Of a stretch of 50,489 nt of DNA, positions 50,138 to 50,489 are shown piece by piece (the stretch's first letter is position 1; the number at the start of each line of letters is the position of its first letter). Under the pieces are notes generated by a model. It was not told the DNA's origin, searched no databases, and saw only the letters and a list, made by a program, of their open reading frames with translations. Source of the DNA: an uncultured Pseudoalteromonas sp. (GTDB taxonomy: Bacteria > Pseudomonadota > Gammaproteobacteria > Enterobacterales > Alteromonadaceae); the NCBI GenBank assembly GCA_964564805.1, contig CAZMDX010000681.1, positions 1-50,489 of the forward strand, read 5' to 3'. Both the position numbers and the translations under genes were made by a program.

Positions 50138-50489
50138 TTATCCGCCGAAGTCATCTAACATGATGTTTTCGTCTTCCACACCTAATTCTTTCAGCATATT
50201 AATTACAGCCGCATTCATCATGGGTGGCCCACACATGTAGAACTCACAATCTTCAGGAGCAGGATGATCCTTCAGATAGTTTTTCAACAATACATTGTGG
50301 ATAAACCCTGTGTCACCTTCCCAATTATCTTCAGGTTGAGGATCCGATAACGCCACGTGCCACTTAAAATTCTCGTTCTCTTTTTGCAACATATCAAAAT
50401 CTTCTACGTAGAACATTTCGCGCAAAGAACGAGCACCGTACCAAAATGTAATTGGACGTGTGGTATTTATTCTGCGTAACTGGTCAAAG
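50138..50489 (-). CDS. nqrF: Na+-translocating NADH:quinone oxidoreductase subunit F, C-terminal part
   Basis: Frame is open to the window edge: FDQL...[13 protein letters not shown]...[16 protein letters not shown]...LDDFGG*. Confidence 0.97.
   Translation of the reverse strand, partial: FDQLRRINTTRPITFWYGARSLREMFYVEDFDMLQKENENFKWHVALSDPQPEDNWEGDTGFIHNVLLKNYLKDHPAPEDCEFYMCGPPMMNAAVINMLKELGVEDENIMLDDFGG

Overview
AT-rich gammaproteobacterial chromosome segment, most likely Alteromonadaceae (Paraglaciecola/Glaciecola-like, inferred from prsT, nqrF-apbE-nqrM and overall gene content). The core parts are the nnr-tsaE-amiB-mutL-miaA-hfq-hflXKC superoperon with divergent queG, plus deaD, cysG, fpr, trmN, dinB with a LexA box, and the 3' end of nqr. 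Accessory parts are an OPLAH-type 5-oxoprolinase with an NRAMP-fold transporter lacking the metal ligands and an upstream 14-bp inverted repeat; a P-box (NarX/PilJ) diguanylate cyclase; a stand-alone yqiJ-yqiK (NfeD-like/flotillin) pair behind a palindrome-rich leader; an isolated prsT; a large PilZ protein; and several hydrolases and transporters. Reading the gaps by hand shows decayed genes that the ORF track misses or fragments: fbaA, a probable GH98 C-terminal remnant, a bacterial PH-domain gene broken by microsatellite expansions, a GNAT gene, and a frameshifted DUF4097-like gene. I found no rRNA, tRNA, CRISPR array, transposase or integrase. I cannot demonstrate a new system from sequence alone. 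The best leads are the oxoprolinase/transporter/operator module, the yqiJK cassette with its leader, and the P-box cyclase. All family calls come from motif recognition, not database searches.
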